From: Candidatus Methylomirabilia bacterium
Lineage (GTDB): Bacteria > Methylomirabilota > Methylomirabilia > Rokubacteriales > CSP1-6
Assembly: GCA_041496385.1 (NCBI GenBank)
Contig: JBGQEL010000117.1
Location: 1 to 13,930 of the forward strand
DNA length: 13,930 nucleotides
Reading direction: 5' to 3'
Under the pieces are notes generated by a model, which saw only the letters and a list, made by a program, of their open reading frames with translations, was not told the origin of the DNA and made no database searches. A program made the position numbers and the translations under genes. Below, piece after piece: positions 1 through 10,143 of this stretch; the first letter of the stretch is position 1, and every line of letters starts with the position of its first letter.

Positions 1-1
1 C

Positions 2-703
2 GCGGGCGAGCGCCTGCCCAACCAGCGGCAGCTCGCGAAGAGCTTCGGCGTGACGCTCATGACGCTGCGCCAGGCGCTCGAGCTGCTCGAGCGCGAGAAC
101 CTGATCGCGCGGCGCCACGGCCTCGGCACGTTCGTCGCGGCTCCCTCGATCGACTACGACATTCTCCAGCTCCGCCGCTTCGCCGGCGACCTGCAGGCCC
201 AGGGCGAGCACGTGACGACACGCCTCATCGGCACGAAGTTCACGGTGCCCGACCACCACGTCACCGACGCGCTCGGCCTCGGGCCGCGCGCGCGCGTGCT
301 GGCCGTCGAGCGGCTCCGCCTCGTGGACGGCCATCCGATGAGCCTGCAGCGCTCGTTCCTGCCGCCGCGGATCGGCGAGGAGGTCGTCCGCGCGGACCTG
401 GCGCTCACGCCGCTCCACCAGGTGCTCGAGTTCAAGCTCGGCGTGGTGGTCGCCGGCGCGCGCGAGACGGTGTCGGCGGTGCGCCTCGGCCGTCGCGAGG
501 CGCGCGAGCTCGGGTGCCGCACGGGCGCCCCGGCGTTCGAGTCCGAGCGCATCTCGTACGACGCGGGCCGCGCGCCCGTCGTCTTCGACCGCGTGTTCAT
601 CCCGGGCGACCGCTTCCGGATCACCCGGGAACTCAATTATTCGTTGTGCGAGCCGCAGGGCGTCGGCGTTGCCGCAGGCACGCCCGCCCGAGGCGAGCGG
701 TGA
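2..703 (+). CDS. GntR-family (HutC/UTRA subfamily) transcriptional regulator, 5'-truncated by the window edge
   Basis: The frame is open from base 2 (AGERLPNQRQLAKSFGVTLMTLRQALELLERENLIARRHGLGTFV), which is the second half of a GntR winged HTH, so the real start lies upstream of the window. The C-terminal region (RLRLVDGHPMSLQRSFLP...ETVSAV...ERISYD...GDRF) resembles a UTRA domain. Confidence 0.92.
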   Translation, partial: AGERLPNQRQLAKSFGVTLMTLRQALELLERENLIARRHGLGTFVAAPSIDYDILQLRRFAGDLQAQGEHVTTRLIGTKFTVPDHHVTDALGLGPRARVLAVERLRLVDGHPMSLQRSFLPPRIGEEVVRADLALTPLHQVLEFKLGVVVAGARETVSAVRLGRREARELGCRTGAPAFESERISYDAGRAPVVFDRVFIPGDRFRITRELNYSLCEPQGVGVAAGTPARGER

Positions 704-727
704 AATGTCCTTGGATGAGGTAACGAC

Positions 728-1507
728 ATGAAGATCCTGGTGGCCATCAAGCAGGTGCCCGACACGGCGACGCAGGTGAAGATCGGCGCCGATCCGCGCG
801 CGATCGACACCGCGGGCATCACGTGGATCGTCTCACCCTACGACGAGTTCGCCGTCGAGGAGGGCCTGCGCATCAAGGAGAAGCGCGGCCAGGGTGAAGT
901 GGTCGCGGTCTCGCTCGGCCCCGAACGCGTCAAGGAGGCGCTGCGCTCGTGCCTCGCGATGGGCTGCGACCGCGCGATCCACCTGAACGATCCCGCGTGG
1001 AACGACGCCGACACCCTCGCGACGGCGCGCGCGCTGGCCGCGGTCGTCAAGCAGGAGCAGCCGCAGCTCCTGCTCTGCGGCCGGCAGGCGATCGACGACG
1101 ACATGGGCGCGGTGACCGCGCAGCTCGCCGAGCTGCTGGGCTGGCCGTGCGCGTACTGGATCATGGAGGAGACCGTGGACGCCGACGGCAAGAGCGCCCG
1201 CGTCGCGCGCCAGGTCGAGGGCGGCCTCGAGATCTTCGACATCCCCCTCCCCGCCGTGCTCGCCGCGCAGAAGGGGCTCAACGAGCCGCGCTACCCGACG
1301 CTGAAGGGGATCATGGGCGCCAAGAAGAAGGAGCTCAAGGACGTGAAGGCCGGGGACCTCGGTCTCGCGGCCGAGCCGCCGCAGCTCTCCGTCGTCGGCC
1401 TCGAGGCGCTCCCGCCGCGCGCCGCGGGCCGCATCATCCAGGGCGACGTGCCGACGGCGGCGAAAGAGCTCGTGCGCGCCCTTCGCGAAGACGCGAAGGC
1501 GATCTAG
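728..1507 (+). CDS. etfB: Electron transfer flavoprotein beta subunit
   Basis: Motifs MKILVAIKQVPD, PYDEFAVEE, LAMGCDRAIH, GRQAIDDD and NEPRYPTLKGIMGAKKK. SD-like GAGGT at 717-721. Confidence 0.97.
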   Translation: MKILVAIKQVPDTATQVKIGADPRAIDTAGITWIVSPYDEFAVEEGLRIKEKRGQGEVVAVSLGPERVKEALRSCLAMGCDRAIHLNDPAWNDADTLATARALAAVVKQEQPQLLLCGRQAIDDDMGAVTAQLAELLGWPCAYWIMEETVDADGKSARVARQVEGGLEIFDIPLPAVLAAQKGLNEPRYPTLKGIMGAKKKELKDVKAGDLGLAAEPPQLSVVGLEALPPRAAGRIIQGDVPTAAKELVRALREDAKAI

Positions 1508-1520
1508 GGAGCCGCGGATC

Positions 1521-2501
1521 ATGGCGAACGCATTCTGGTGCATCGTCGAGGACGACCGGCAGGGCCTGCCGAAGAAGGTGATGGCGGAGGTGATCGGCGA
1601 GGCGTCGCGCGTGTCGGGCGGCCACGCCGAGGCCGTGTGGCTTACCGACAAGGCGACCGACGCGGGGCTCGCGCAGCTCGGCGCGTGGGGCGCCACCCGG
1701 GTGTGGCTGCTCGAGCACGCGACGTTCGCGCCCTATCGCAGCGAGGTCTGGGTGGGTGCGCTCGCCGACCTCACCGCCAAGGAATCGCCGAAGGCCATCT
1801 TCGGCGCCGTGACGAGCCGCCAGCGCGAGCTCGTGGCGCGGCTCGCCGCGCGGCTCGGTGTGGGGCTCGCGGCCGACTGCATCGCGTTCGCCATGGACGG
1901 CGACAGGCTCGTCGCCACGCGCCCGGTGTACGCGGGCAAGATCCTCGCGAAGGTGACCTGGGCGAAGGGGCCGTGGGTCGCGACGCTCCGGCCGAACGTC
2001 TTCCGTCCCGCGGAGTCGCAGCCGGGCAGGACCGCGGCGATCGAGAAGCCCGCGACGGCGCCGCCGGCGGCCGTCATGAAGTTCGTCGAGCGGCGCGAGG
2101 AGGCCTCGACCGGGCTCCCCGAGCTCGCCGAGGCCGAGATCGTGATCTCCGGCGGCCGCGGCATGAAGGGCCCCGAGAACTACGTGATCCTCGAGGAGAT
2201 GGGACGGGTGATCGGCGCCGCCGTCGGCGCCTCGCGGGCCGCCGTGGACGCCGGCTGGCGACCGCACCGCTTCCAGATCGGCCAGACGGGCCGGACGATC
2301 TCGCCGAAGCTCTACCTGGGCTTCGGCGTCTCGGGCGCGATCCAGCACCTCGCCGGCATGCGGACGTCGAAGGTGATCGTCGCCGTGAACAAGGACGCCG
2401 AGGCGCCGATCTTCAAGATCGCGGACTACGGCATCGTCGCCGACCTCTTCGAGGTGGTGCCGGAGCTGACGAAAGAGTTCAAGAAGCTCCTGGAAAAATG
2501 A
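1521..2501 (+). CDS. etfA: Electron transfer flavoprotein alpha subunit
   Basis: FAD-binding C-terminal domain motifs [43 protein letters not shown] and NKDAEAPIF. Lies 13 nt after etfB, with SD-like AGGGAG. Confidence 0.97.
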   Translation: MANAFWCIVEDDRQGLPKKVMAEVIGEASRVSGGHAEAVWLTDKATDAGLAQLGAWGATRVWLLEHATFAPYRSEVWVGALADLTAKESPKAIFGAVTSRQRELVARLAARLGVGLAADCIAFAMDGDRLVATRPVYAGKILAKVTWAKGPWVATLRPNVFRPAESQPGRTAAIEKPATAPPAAVMKFVERREEASTGLPELAEAEIVISGGRGMKGPENYVILEEMGRVIGAAVGASRAAVDAGWRPHRFQIGQTGRTISPKLYLGFGVSGAIQHLAGMRTSKVIVAVNKDAEAPIFKIADYGIVADLFEVVPELTKEFKKLLEK

Positions 2502-3640
2502 ATCTCGAGCTCAGCGACGAGCAGCAGATGGTCCAGGCGATGGCGCGGGAGTTCGCCGAGACGGCGGTGCGCCCGATCGCCGCCGCGATCGACCGCGAGG
2601 CGCGCTTCCCGCACGAGACGGTCAAGCGGATGGGCGAGCTCGGGCTGATGGGCATCGCCTTCCCGGAGAAGTGGGGCGGGAGCGGCGCCGATGCGGTCTC
2701 GTACGTCCTCGCCCTCGAGGAGATCGCCCGGGTCTGCGCGAGCCACGCCGTGGTCATGTCGGTCAACAACTCGCTCTACGGCGATCCCGTCTACAAGCAC
2801 GGCACCGACGCGCAGCGCGCGCGCTTCCTGACGCCGGTGGCCTCCGGCCACGCCCACGGCTGCTTCGCCCTCACCGAGCCCCAGGCGGGCTCCGACGCGA
2901 CGAACCAGCACACGCTCGCGATCCGCGACGGCGGCGACTACGTCATCACCGGACGCAAGCTCTTCATCACGAACGGACGCGAGGCGTCGTTCGCGCTCGT
3001 CTTCTGCCAGACGGACCGCGCCAAGGGCTCCCGCGGGATCTCGGCGTTCGTCGTCGAGAAGGGTACGCCGGGCTTCGGCGTCGCGAAGACCGAGGACAAG
3101 CTCGGTATCCGCGCCTCGGACACCGCCGAGCTCGTCTTCGACGACTGCCGCGTGCCGGCGGCGAACCGGCTGGGCGAGGAGGGGCAGGGGTTCCGGATCG
3201 CGCTGGGGGCGATCGACGGCGGGCGCATCGGCATCGCCGCGCAGGCCGTGGGGATCGCGACGGGGGCGTACGAGCGGGCGTTGGCGTACGCGCGCGAGCG
3301 GAAATCGTTCGGCGTCCCGATCGGCCAGCACCAGATGGTCCAGTGGATGCTCGCCGACATGGCGACGGCGATCGACGGCGCGCGCCTGCTCACGCTCCGC
3401 GCGGCGACGCTCAAGGACGCGGGCCGGCCTTTCTCCAAGGAGGCGGCGATGGCGAAGCTCTTCGCGGCGGAGACGGCCATGAAGGTGACGACCGACGCGA
3501 TCCAGGTGCACGGCGGCTACGGCTTCATCAAGGATTACGAGGTCGAGCGGTACTTCCGCGACGCGAAGATCACGCAGCTCTACGAGGGCACGTCGCAGAT
3601 CCAGAAGCTCGTGATCGCGCGGGAGGTGCTGGGCCGATGA
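2498..3640 (+). CDS. Acyl-CoA dehydrogenase 1 (short/branched-chain, butyryl-CoA dehydrogenase-like), 380 aa
   Basis: The true start is ATG 2498 ([12 protein letters not shown]), overlapping the etfA stop as ATGA; the track ORF from 1538 is over-extended. Motifs [45 protein letters not shown] and catalytic YEGTSQIQ. Confidence 0.95.
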   Translation: MNLELSDEQQMVQAMAREFAETAVRPIAAAIDREARFPHETVKRMGELGLMGIAFPEKWGGSGADAVSYVLALEEIARVCASHAVVMSVNNSLYGDPVYKHGTDAQRARFLTPVASGHAHGCFALTEPQAGSDATNQHTLAIRDGGDYVITGRKLFITNGREASFALVFCQTDRAKGSRGISAFVVEKGTPGFGVAKTEDKLGIRASDTAELVFDDCRVPAANRLGEEGQGFRIALGAIDGGRIGIAAQAVGIATGAYERALAYARERKSFGVPIGQHQMVQWMLADMATAIDGARLLTLRAATLKDAGRPFSKEAAMAKLFAAETAMKVTTDAIQVHGGYGFIKDYEVERYFRDAKITQLYEGTSQIQKLVIAREVLGR

Positions 3641-3695
3641 TCCGGAGCGCGGCGGACGTGACGCGGCTGACCACGGCCGCGGGCGGGAGACACGC

Positions 3696-5345
<1,650 letters not shown>

Positions 5346-5355
5346 GAGCCAAGTC

Positions 5356-6429
5356 ATGAGCGAGCCGATCCGGGTCACGCGCGCGATGACGAAGAAGCCG
5401 AAGCCGAAGGACAGCGAGCTGACGTTCGGCACGGTCTTCACGGACCACATGTTCGTGGTCGACTTTCAGGAGGAGAAGGGCTGGTACGACCCGCGGATCG
5501 AGCCGTACGGGCCGTTCAGCCTGGATCCGGCGTGCGCCGTCCTCCACTACGCGCAGGCGATCTTCGACGGCCTGAAGGCGTTCCGCGGCACGGACGGCAA
5601 GGTCCGGCTCTTCCGGCCGCAGAAGCACATCGAGCGGATGAACAATTCCGCGAAGCGGATGTGCATCCCCGCGGTCGACCCGGACCTCGCCCTGAAGGCG
5701 CTCGTGGATCTCGTCCGCGTCGAGCGGGACTGGGTCCCGTCCACGATCGGCACCTCGCTCTACGTGCGGCCGACGATCATCGCGAGCGAGCCGTTCCTGG
5801 GCGTGCGCCCGGCGAAGGCGTACATCTTCTACGTGATCCTCTCCCCCGTCGGGACCTATTACCCCGAGGGCATGAACCCGGTGAAGATCCTCGTGGTCGA
5901 CAAGTACGTGCGCGCCGTCCAGGGCGGTGTGGGCAACGCGAAGACGGGCGTGAACTACGCGTCGAGCCTCTACGCCGCCGAGGAGGCCAAGCACGAGGGT
6001 TTCACGCAGGTGCTCTGGCTCGACGGCCGCGAGCGGAAGTACCTCGACGAGGTCGGCACGATGAACATCATGCTGAAGATCGGCGACGAGGTGCTCACGC
6101 CCTCGCTCGAGCAGGGCACGATCCTGCCGGGCGTCACCCGCGACTCCGCGCTCACGCTCATGCGCGAGTGGGGGCTGCGCGTCTCCGAGCGCCAGATCTC
6201 GATCGACGAGGTCGCCAAGGCGGCCCACAGCGGCGCGCTCAAGGAGGTCTGGGGCACCGGCACGGCCGCGGTCATCTCGCCCGTCGGCGAGCTGGCCTAT
6301 CGCGGCGAGCGGATCGTCGTCAATGAGGGCAAGATCGGTGGGCTGACACAGAAGCTCTACGACGCGATCGTCGGGATCCAGTACGCGACGGCGCCCGACA
6401 CGCACGGCTGGACCGTGCTCGTCGAATAG
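5356..6429 (+). CDS. ilvE: Branched-chain amino acid aminotransferase (PLP fold IV)
   Basis: Motifs FGTVFTDHMF, LHYAQAIFDGLKAF, LFRP, SLYVRP, PLP lysine in NAKTGVNYA, EVGTMN, ILPGVTRDS and GTGTAAVISPV. SD AGGAG at 5344-5348. Confidence 0.95.
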   Translation: MSEPIRVTRAMTKKPKPKDSELTFGTVFTDHMFVVDFQEEKGWYDPRIEPYGPFSLDPACAVLHYAQAIFDGLKAFRGTDGKVRLFRPQKHIERMNNSAKRMCIPAVDPDLALKALVDLVRVERDWVPSTIGTSLYVRPTIIASEPFLGVRPAKAYIFYVILSPVGTYYPEGMNPVKILVVDKYVRAVQGGVGNAKTGVNYASSLYAAEEAKHEGFTQVLWLDGRERKYLDEVGTMNIMLKIGDEVLTPSLEQGTILPGVTRDSALTLMREWGLRVSERQISIDEVAKAAHSGALKEVWGTGTAAVISPVGELAYRGERIVVNEGKIGGLTQKLYDAIVGIQYATAPDTHGWTVLVE

Positions 6430-6438
6430 GAGGGGACG

Positions 6439-6861
6439 ATGGCCTCGTGCGTCTTCTGCAAGATCCGTGACGGGCAGGTCCCGTCCATGAAGGTTTTCGA
6501 GGACGAGAAGACCTTCTGCATCATGGACATCAACCCGGTCAATCCGGGCCACTGCCTCGTGATCACGAAGGCGCACGCGACGACGCTTCTGGACGCCGAG
6601 CTCGCCGACCTCCAGGCCGCGCTGGCGACGGCCAAGCGCGTCGCCGGCGCCCTCATGAAGGCGCTCGAGCCCGAGGGGCTCAACATGCTCCAGGCCAACG
6701 GCCCCGCGGCGTTCCAGTCGGTCCCGCACTTCCACCTCCACCTGATCCCCCGCTGGATGCGCGACGGCAAGGGGTTCGACTGGACGCTCGTGCCGGGCGA
6801 CCGCGAGGAGATCGCGAAGGCCGGCGAGAAGCTCCGCGCGGCGCTGGCGGGTGCTCCATGA
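6439..6861 (+). CDS. HIT (histidine triad) family protein, Hint-like nucleotide hydrolase
   Basis: N-terminal [20 protein letters not shown] and the histidine triad [21 protein letters not shown] at 6428-6433. Confidence 0.95.
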   Translation: MASCVFCKIRDGQVPSMKVFEDEKTFCIMDINPVNPGHCLVITKAHATTLLDAELADLQAALATAKRVAGALMKALEPEGLNMLQANGPAAFQSVPHFHLHLIPRWMRDGKGFDWTLVPGDREEIAKAGEKLRAALAGAP

Positions 6862-7265
6862 CGGCCGAGCGTACGGTGCGCGTCGTCGTCGCCAAGCCGG
6901 GCCTCGACGGCCACGACCGCGGGGCGAAGATCGTCGCGCGGGCGCTCCGCGACGCGGGGTTCGAGGTGATCTACACGGGCCTGCACCAGACGCCCGAGCA
7001 GATTGTCGCGACGGCGATCCAGGAGGACGCCGACGCCATCGGACTCAGCGTGCTCTCGGGCGCCCACAACTACCTCTTCAAGCGCGTCCTCGAGCTGCTG
7101 CGCGAGAAGGGCGCGGAGGACGTCGCCGTTTTCGGCGGCGGCATCATCCCGGCCGAGGACATCGCCGCGCTCAAGGCCCTCGGCGTCAAGGAGCTGTTCA
7201 CGCCGGGCACGACCACCCAGGACATCGTCCGCTTCGTCCGCGAGCACGTCCGCGCGGCGGTCTGA
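6858..7265 (+). CDS. icmB: Cobalamin-binding small subunit of the acyl-CoA mutase
   Basis: B12 base-off motif [12 protein letters not shown], plus [15 protein letters not shown] and FTPGT. Starts at an ATGA overlap with the HIT stop. Partnership with 3696-5345 is inferred from the shared cluster. Confidence 0.88.
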   Translation: MTAERTVRVVVAKPGLDGHDRGAKIVARALRDAGFEVIYTGLHQTPEQIVATAIQEDADAIGLSVLSGAHNYLFKRVLELLREKGAEDVAVFGGGIIPAEDIAALKALGVKELFTPGTTTQDIVRFVREHVRAAV

Positions 7266-7294
7266 GGCGGTAGGGACGGCGGGGTCGGTCTCCG

Positions 7295-7462
7295 ATGATC
7301 CGCAAGATCGGCGGGAAGTACGTGGTGCTCTCGGAGACGACCGGGCGCCGCTTCGGCGCCTACGCCACGAAGGCGGAGGCCGAGAAGCGCCTGAGGCAGA
7401 TCGAGATGTTCAAGCACCTGCGGACGTCGGGCGCCCGGCCGCGCGCCCGGCGGCGAGGCTAG
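7295..7462 (+). CDS. Small basic hypothetical protein, 55 aa (absent from the ORF track)
   Basis: Hand translation: [55 protein letters not shown]. Nearly all third codon positions are G/C as in neighbouring genes. It fills the icmB-ACAD2 gap and stops 4 nt before the ACAD2 start. SD is weak. Confidence 0.75.
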   Translation: MIRKIGGKYVVLSETTGRRFGAYATKAEAEKRLRQIEMFKHLRTSGARPRARRRG

Positions 7463-7466
7463 CGCG

Positions 7467-8612
7467 GTGGATTTCGACCTGACCGACGACCAGCGGCGCA
7501 TCCGCGACGTCGCGCGCGAGTTCGCCGGGGCCGAGCTGGGCGACAAGATCGCGCCCTACGACGAGCGTCACGAGTTCCCGTGGCCGATCGTGAAGAAGCT
7601 CGGCCCGCTCGGCCTCCTCGGCGTGCTGGTGCCGGAGGAGTACGGCGGCGCCGGCCTCGACTACGTCTCGTACGCGGTGATCGTCGAGGAGCTGAACCGG
7701 GGCGACGCCTCGGTGGGCATCACCATGTGGGCCCACAACTCGCTCTGCACGAATCACATCGCGACGTTCGGCTCGCCCGAGCAGAAGCGCGCGTACCTGC
7801 CGCGCCTCGCCACCGGCGAGGCGCTCGGCGCCTGGGGGCTCACCGAGCCCGGCTCGGGCTCCGACGCCGCCGCGCTCCGGACGCGCGCCGAGCTGCACGG
7901 CGGCGAGTGGATCCTCAACGGCTCCAAGGCCTTCATCACCAACGCCTCGGTCGCGACGCTCGCGGTCGTGATGGCGCGGACCGATCCGGCGAAGGGCTCC
8001 AAGGGCATCTCGGCCTTCGTCCTCGAGAAGGGCATGCCGGGCTTCAGCGCCGGCAGGCCGTACCGGAAGCTCGGCCTCCACGCCTCCGACACCGCCGAGC
8101 TGGTCTTCGAGGACGCGCGCGTGCCCGCGGCGAACCTGCTCGGCGAGCCCGGCGCGGGATTCGTGCAGGCGATGAAGGTCCTCGAAGGCGGACGCATCGC
8201 GATGGCGGCGATGGCCGTCGGTATCGGGCAGGCGGCCGTGGACCAGGCCGTCAAGTACATGAAGCAGCGGAGCGCGTTCGGCAAGACGCTCGCCGAGTTC
8301 AACGGCCTCCAGGGGATGCTCGCGGACGTCGCGACCGACGTGGAGGTCGGGCGCCTCCTCACGCTGCGCGCGGCCTGGCTGAAAGACGCCGGGCGCCCCG
8401 CGATGCACGCCGCGGCGATGGCGAAGCTCTTCGCCTCCGAGGCGGCCATGAAGGCCGCCACGAAGGCCGTGCAGATCCACGGCGGCGCGGGCTACATCAC
8501 CGAGTTTCCCGTCGAGCGGATCTTCCGCGACGCGAAGCTCACCGAGATCGGCGAGGGGACCTCCGAGATCCAGCGCCTGGTCATCGCGCGCGAGCTCCTC
8601 CAGCTGTCGTGA
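7467..8612 (+). CDS. Acyl-CoA dehydrogenase 2 (GEG-type active site, possibly isovaleryl or other branched-chain acyl-CoA)
   Basis: GTG start [14 protein letters not shown]. Motifs [39 protein letters not shown] and [16 protein letters not shown]. Confidence 0.94.
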   Translation: MDFDLTDDQRRIRDVAREFAGAELGDKIAPYDERHEFPWPIVKKLGPLGLLGVLVPEEYGGAGLDYVSYAVIVEELNRGDASVGITMWAHNSLCTNHIATFGSPEQKRAYLPRLATGEALGAWGLTEPGSGSDAAALRTRAELHGGEWILNGSKAFITNASVATLAVVMARTDPAKGSKGISAFVLEKGMPGFSAGRPYRKLGLHASDTAELVFEDARVPAANLLGEPGAGFVQAMKVLEGGRIAMAAMAVGIGQAAVDQAVKYMKQRSAFGKTLAEFNGLQGMLADVATDVEVGRLLTLRAAWLKDAGRPAMHAAAMAKLFASEAAMKAATKAVQIHGGAGYITEFPVERIFRDAKLTEIGEGTSEIQRLVIARELLQLS

Positions 8613-9397
8613 GCGCGGCCGCGCCGCTCATCACGATCGAGGGCGTCAGCAAGCGCTACGCGACCAGCTCGGGCGCCGTGGAGGCGCTTCACGACGTCTC
8701 GCTCAGCGTCGGCGAGGGCGAGTTCTGCTCGCTCATCGGCCCGTCGGGCTGCGGCAAGTCGACGCTCCTCGGCATGCTGGGCGGCCTCGCGGCGCCGGAC
8801 TCCGGCCGGGTCCTCGTCGAGGGCCGGGCCGTCGCCGGCCCGGACCCCCGGCGCGTGGCCACCGTGTTCCAGGATCCGGGCCTCTTTCCGTGGCGCACGG
8901 CGCTCGAGAACGTCGAGTTCGGCCTCGAGCTGCAGGGCGTGCCGGCCGGGCGGCGGCGCGCGGTCGCGACCGAGCTCCTGGGGCCGCTCGGCCTCACCGG
9001 GTTCGGGGGCAAGTACCCGCGCGAGCTCTCGGGCGGCATGCGGCAGCGTGTGGCGATCGGCCGCGCGCTCGCGATCGACACGAAGATCCTCCTGATGGAC
9101 GAGCCCTTCGGCGCGCTCGACGAGCAGACGCGCCTGCTCATGGGCGAGTGGCTCCTCGAGATCTGGCGGCGGACGCGGAAGACCGTCATCTTCGTCACGC
9201 ACAGCCTCCACGAGGCGCTCTTTCTCTCGACGCGGATCGCCGTGATGACGGCGCGCCCGGGGCGGATCAAGTCGGTCCTCGATCTCGGGATCGACTACCC
9301 GCGGCTCATGGAGGCGCCCGAGCTCGTCACACTGCGCGCGAAGCTCTGGCACGAGATCCGCGAGGAGTCGCTCCGGGCGATGGGCGGGCTGTCGTGA
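8609..9397 (+). CDS. ABC transporter ATP-binding protein, NitT/TauT (TauB/SsuB-like) family, 262 aa
   Basis: GTG 8609 overlaps the ACAD2 stop as GTGA; the track ORF from 7580 is over-extended. Walker [10 protein letters not shown]-loop VFQD, signature LSGGMRQR, Walker [13 protein letters not shown]-loop FVTHS and family-typical MTARPGRIK. Confidence 0.95.
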   Translation: MSAAAPLITIEGVSKRYATSSGAVEALHDVSLSVGEGEFCSLIGPSGCGKSTLLGMLGGLAAPDSGRVLVEGRAVAGPDPRRVATVFQDPGLFPWRTALENVEFGLELQGVPAGRRRAVATELLGPLGLTGFGGKYPRELSGGMRQRVAIGRALAIDTKILLMDEPFGALDEQTRLLMGEWLLEIWRRTRKTVIFVTHSLHEALFLSTRIAVMTARPGRIKSVLDLGIDYPRLMEAPELVTLRAKLWHEIREESLRAMGGLS

Positions 9398-10143
9398 TCG
9401 TCGTCCTCGTCCGGTTGGCGCTGCTCGCTGCCGTCGTCGCGGCCTGGGAGCTCGCGGGCCGCGCGGCGAACCCGCTCGTGGCCGTCCCCCCCTCGGCGGT
9501 GCTCCCGGCCCTGCGCGAGCTCCTGCTGCTCCGCTCGTACCCCGATCTGGGCCCGAGCATTCTCCTCACGCTGCGCGAGATCGCGACGGCCTATGCGCTC
9601 GCGGTCGCCGCCGGGCTCACGGTCGGGTTCGCGCTGGGGATGAACCGCCTCCTGGGCCGCGCGTACGGGCCGATGATCGCGGCGCTCTACGCGGTGCCGG
9701 CCGTCGTCTGGTATCCCTCGCTGATGCTCTTCTTCGGGCTCGACGCCGCCTCGAAGATCGCGTTTGGATTCCTCCTCGGCTTCTTTCCGGTCACGCTCGC
9801 GGTCGTCGCCGGGATCCGCCAGGTGAACCCCCACCTCGTCACGGTGGCGCGGAGCTATGGCGCGGGCCCGTTCACCGTCTTCGCCCGGGTCATGGTGCCC
9901 GCGATGCTCTTCACGCTCGTGGGCGGCCTCCGCACCGGGCTCGCGCTCTCGGTGATCGGCGTGATCGTCGGCGAGATCCTCGGCAGCAAGCGGGGGATGG
10001 GCGCGCTGATCAACCACGCGTACGGCCTGCTCCGTACGGCCGACTACGTCGCCCTCGTGCTCGTGACGCTGGTGCTGATCGTGGGCAGCGATCTGGTGGC
10101 CGGGCTCGTCGAGCGCCGGGCGCGCCTCTGGAGCGAGTCGTGA
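9394..10143 (+). CDS. ABC transporter permease, NitT/TauT (TauC/SsuC-like) family, 249 aa
   Basis: GTG 9394 in a GTGA overlap with the ATPase stop. Multiple hydrophobic helices, N-terminal WEL...PPS, EAA-like loop LVTVARSYGAG and IVGEILGSKRGMG. Confidence 0.92.
   Translation: MIVVLVRLALLAAVVAAWELAGRAANPLVAVPPSAVLPALRELLLLRSYPDLGPSILLTLREIATAYALAVAAGLTVGFALGMNRLLGRAYGPMIAALYAVPAVVWYPSLMLFFGLDAASKIAFGFLLGFFPVTLAVVAGIRQVNPHLVTVARSYGAGPFTVFARVMVPAMLFTLVGGLRTGLALSVIGVIVGEILGSKRGMGALINHAYGLLRTADYVALVLVTLVLIVGSDLVAGLVERRARLWSES

Noticed and set aside
1538..2497. Apparent 700-aa ORF 1538-3640 suggesting an N-terminally extended or fused ACAD
   Set aside because: The first 320 codons are an Arg/Gly-rich off-frame reading of etfA. 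The ACAD begins at ATG 2498 with a typical N-terminus and an ATGA overlap.
7580..9393. Long N-terminal extensions on the ABC ATPase (from 7580) and permease (from 8890)
   Set aside because: These are shadow frames over ACAD2 and the ATPase. GTGA-overlap starts at 8609 and 9394 give normal-length proteins.
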